Part shown: positions 63,590 to 64,000 of the stretch, in pieces | How positions within the stretch are numbered: the first letter of the stretch is position 1 | Layout: every line of letters begins with the position of its first letter | Assembly: GCA_951406725.2 (NCBI GenBank) | Contig: OX597822.1 | Span: 87,172,001-87,236,000, forward strand | Direction of reading: 5' to 3' | DNA from: Octopus vulgaris | Lineage: Eukaryota | Length of the DNA: 64,000 bases | The notes under the pieces: generated by a model | What the model saw: the letters and a program-made list of their open reading frames with translations, nothing else | The model's database searches: none | What the model was told of the DNA's origin: nothing | Program-made: the position numbers and the translations under genes

Positions 63590-64000
63590 CATGTCAGTTG
63601 TTTCATCTTCATGATACACTGCAGCCACCCTTTTGTCCCGGAGTAGCACCACCTCCTCCATGCACTTGATGTAGGCCTCCATGTTGAGTCTGATGCTGTG
63701 TAGGAAGATGAATGGAGTCAAATTGTTGCCATCACTAGTGATTACTCCAAACATCATGATGTTGACTGGATGTTTGATTTTTGTCACTCTCGACATGCTC
63801 TCACATTGACACCCAAACACTCTGAAATGCTTTTGGCATGAACGCCAAGCAGTACAGCATGTTGTTTCCAAATTTCTGGCAGAGCGAATTGCATCATGAT
63901 GCTGTTTTCCTTATAGACGATGCCCAACTGACCCTACTGTACTGTGTAGTCGACAAACTCAAAAACAAACAATACACATGCACGAAATTAAAAATATATA
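63590..64000 (-). mobile_element. maT-like deletion derivative, second copy (runs off window)
   Basis: KHPVNIMMFGVITSDGN...RLNMEAYIKCMEEVVL; homologous to 47600-48007. Confidence 0.78.

Noticed and set aside
186-63871. Most entries of the ORF track (YIYI, HTHT, CVCV, SLSL, poly-M/D/S proteins)
   Set aside because: Translations of microsatellites or off-frame TE sequence; no splice or domain support.

Overview
AT-rich, repeat-dense animal genomic DNA. The SINE/LINE families and microsatellite load suggest an octopus (coleoid cephalopod); this is an inference. Most entries in the supplied ORF track are microsatellite or transposon artefacts. The window lies inside one large + strand gene. I could splice 18 GT-AG coding exons (15746-61161, 3293 nt, about 1097 codons) with every phase matching and no stop codons. 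They encode about 7 complete PKD (Ig-like) repeats plus a partial one, followed by the first part of an REJ domain. From memory this resembles vertebrate PKD1L1 (polycystin-1-like 1). Start and stop codons are outside the window. The most unusual part is the 3' end: a Thr-rich insertion in the REJ region followed by four frame-preserving phase 1-1 microexons (51, 45, 45, 33 nt). Two of these are a tandem duplicate with homologous flanking introns and reciprocally shifted splice acceptors. The introns hold many TE relics: mariner, Tc1, maT-like, a piggyBac MITE, Helitrons, RTE, CRE, R4/Dong-like, Hero/NeSL-like, L1/Tx1-like, Penelope-like elements and tRNA-derived SINEs. No rRNA, true tRNA or CRISPR array was seen. 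All family calls come from manual translation and motif recall, not database searches.
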